Assembly (NCBI GenBank): GCA_001819335.1 | Contig: MHMH01000021.1 | Location: forward strand, 1 to 62,835 | Length of the DNA stretch: 62,835 nucleotides | Source: Candidatus Nealsonbacteria bacterium RIFCSPLOWO2_01_FULL_43_32 | GTDB taxonomy: Bacteria > Patescibacteriota > Minisyncoccia > Minisyncoccales > MHMH01 | Reading direction: 5' to 3' | Shown here: positions 62,834-62,835 of the stretch, piece after piece | Layout of the letters: each line of letters starts with the position of its first letter | How positions within the stretch are numbered: position 1 is the stretch's first letter | Position numbers and translations under genes: made by a program | The notes under the pieces: generated by a model | Told to the model about the DNA's origin: nothing | Seen by the model: only the letters and a program-made list of their open reading frames with translations | Databases searched by the model: none

Positions 62834-62835
62834 TT

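Noticed and set aside
1-62835. Search by eye for rRNA, tRNA, CRISPR arrays, transposases, integrases, toxin-antitoxin pairs and reverse transcriptase (DGR or retron)
   Set aside because: I recognised none. Intergenic space is minimal, and the few gaps are explained by hairpins, promoters and the GC-rich repeats. A tRNAscan/Infernal run would be needed for certainty.

Overview
AT-rich bacterial window using the standard code (TGA is a stop; ATGA and TGATG start/stop overlaps are common; Shine-Dalgarno motifs look scarce by eye). It probably comes from an uncultivated small-genome lineage (CPR/Patescibacteria-like), but that is inference only. Positions 1-13.1 kb are mostly housekeeping: secA, an EamA transporter, DUF1893 plus an ECF S-component, an archaeal-style polyamine operon (pyruvoyl arginine decarboxylase, deoxyhypusine-synthase-like, agmatinase), murB, a secreted HExxH/PG-binding protein and an O-antigen-ligase/TPR protein. 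Positions 13.2-62.8 kb form one roughly 50-kb surface-glycan island that runs off the right edge. It holds a priming sugar transferase and flippase, then a PhnCDE importer flanked by two LicC-like nucleotidyltransferases and a CDP-alcohol phosphatidyltransferase. Next come a CMP-activation/redox module and two complete nucleotide-heptose pathways (ADP- and GDP-type) built from unusual fusions. GT4, GT9 and SAM methyltransferases are also present, along with an SxtI/J/K-like carbamoyltransferase module. The main finding is nine B12-binding-domain radical SAM paralogues plus three SPASM/twitch radical SAM enzymes spread through the island. I recognised no rRNA, tRNA, CRISPR array, transposase or integrase. 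Sequence-level signals include a GC-rich hairpin repeat family with compensatory stem changes that is translated in all three frames in three different genes. An 18-nt element of phased 10-bp repeats overlaps the -35 box of two promoters, and one of these drives an apparently leaderless HTH gene. There is also a 7-bp tandem repeat inside murB. All functional calls come from motif recognition by eye; no searches were run.
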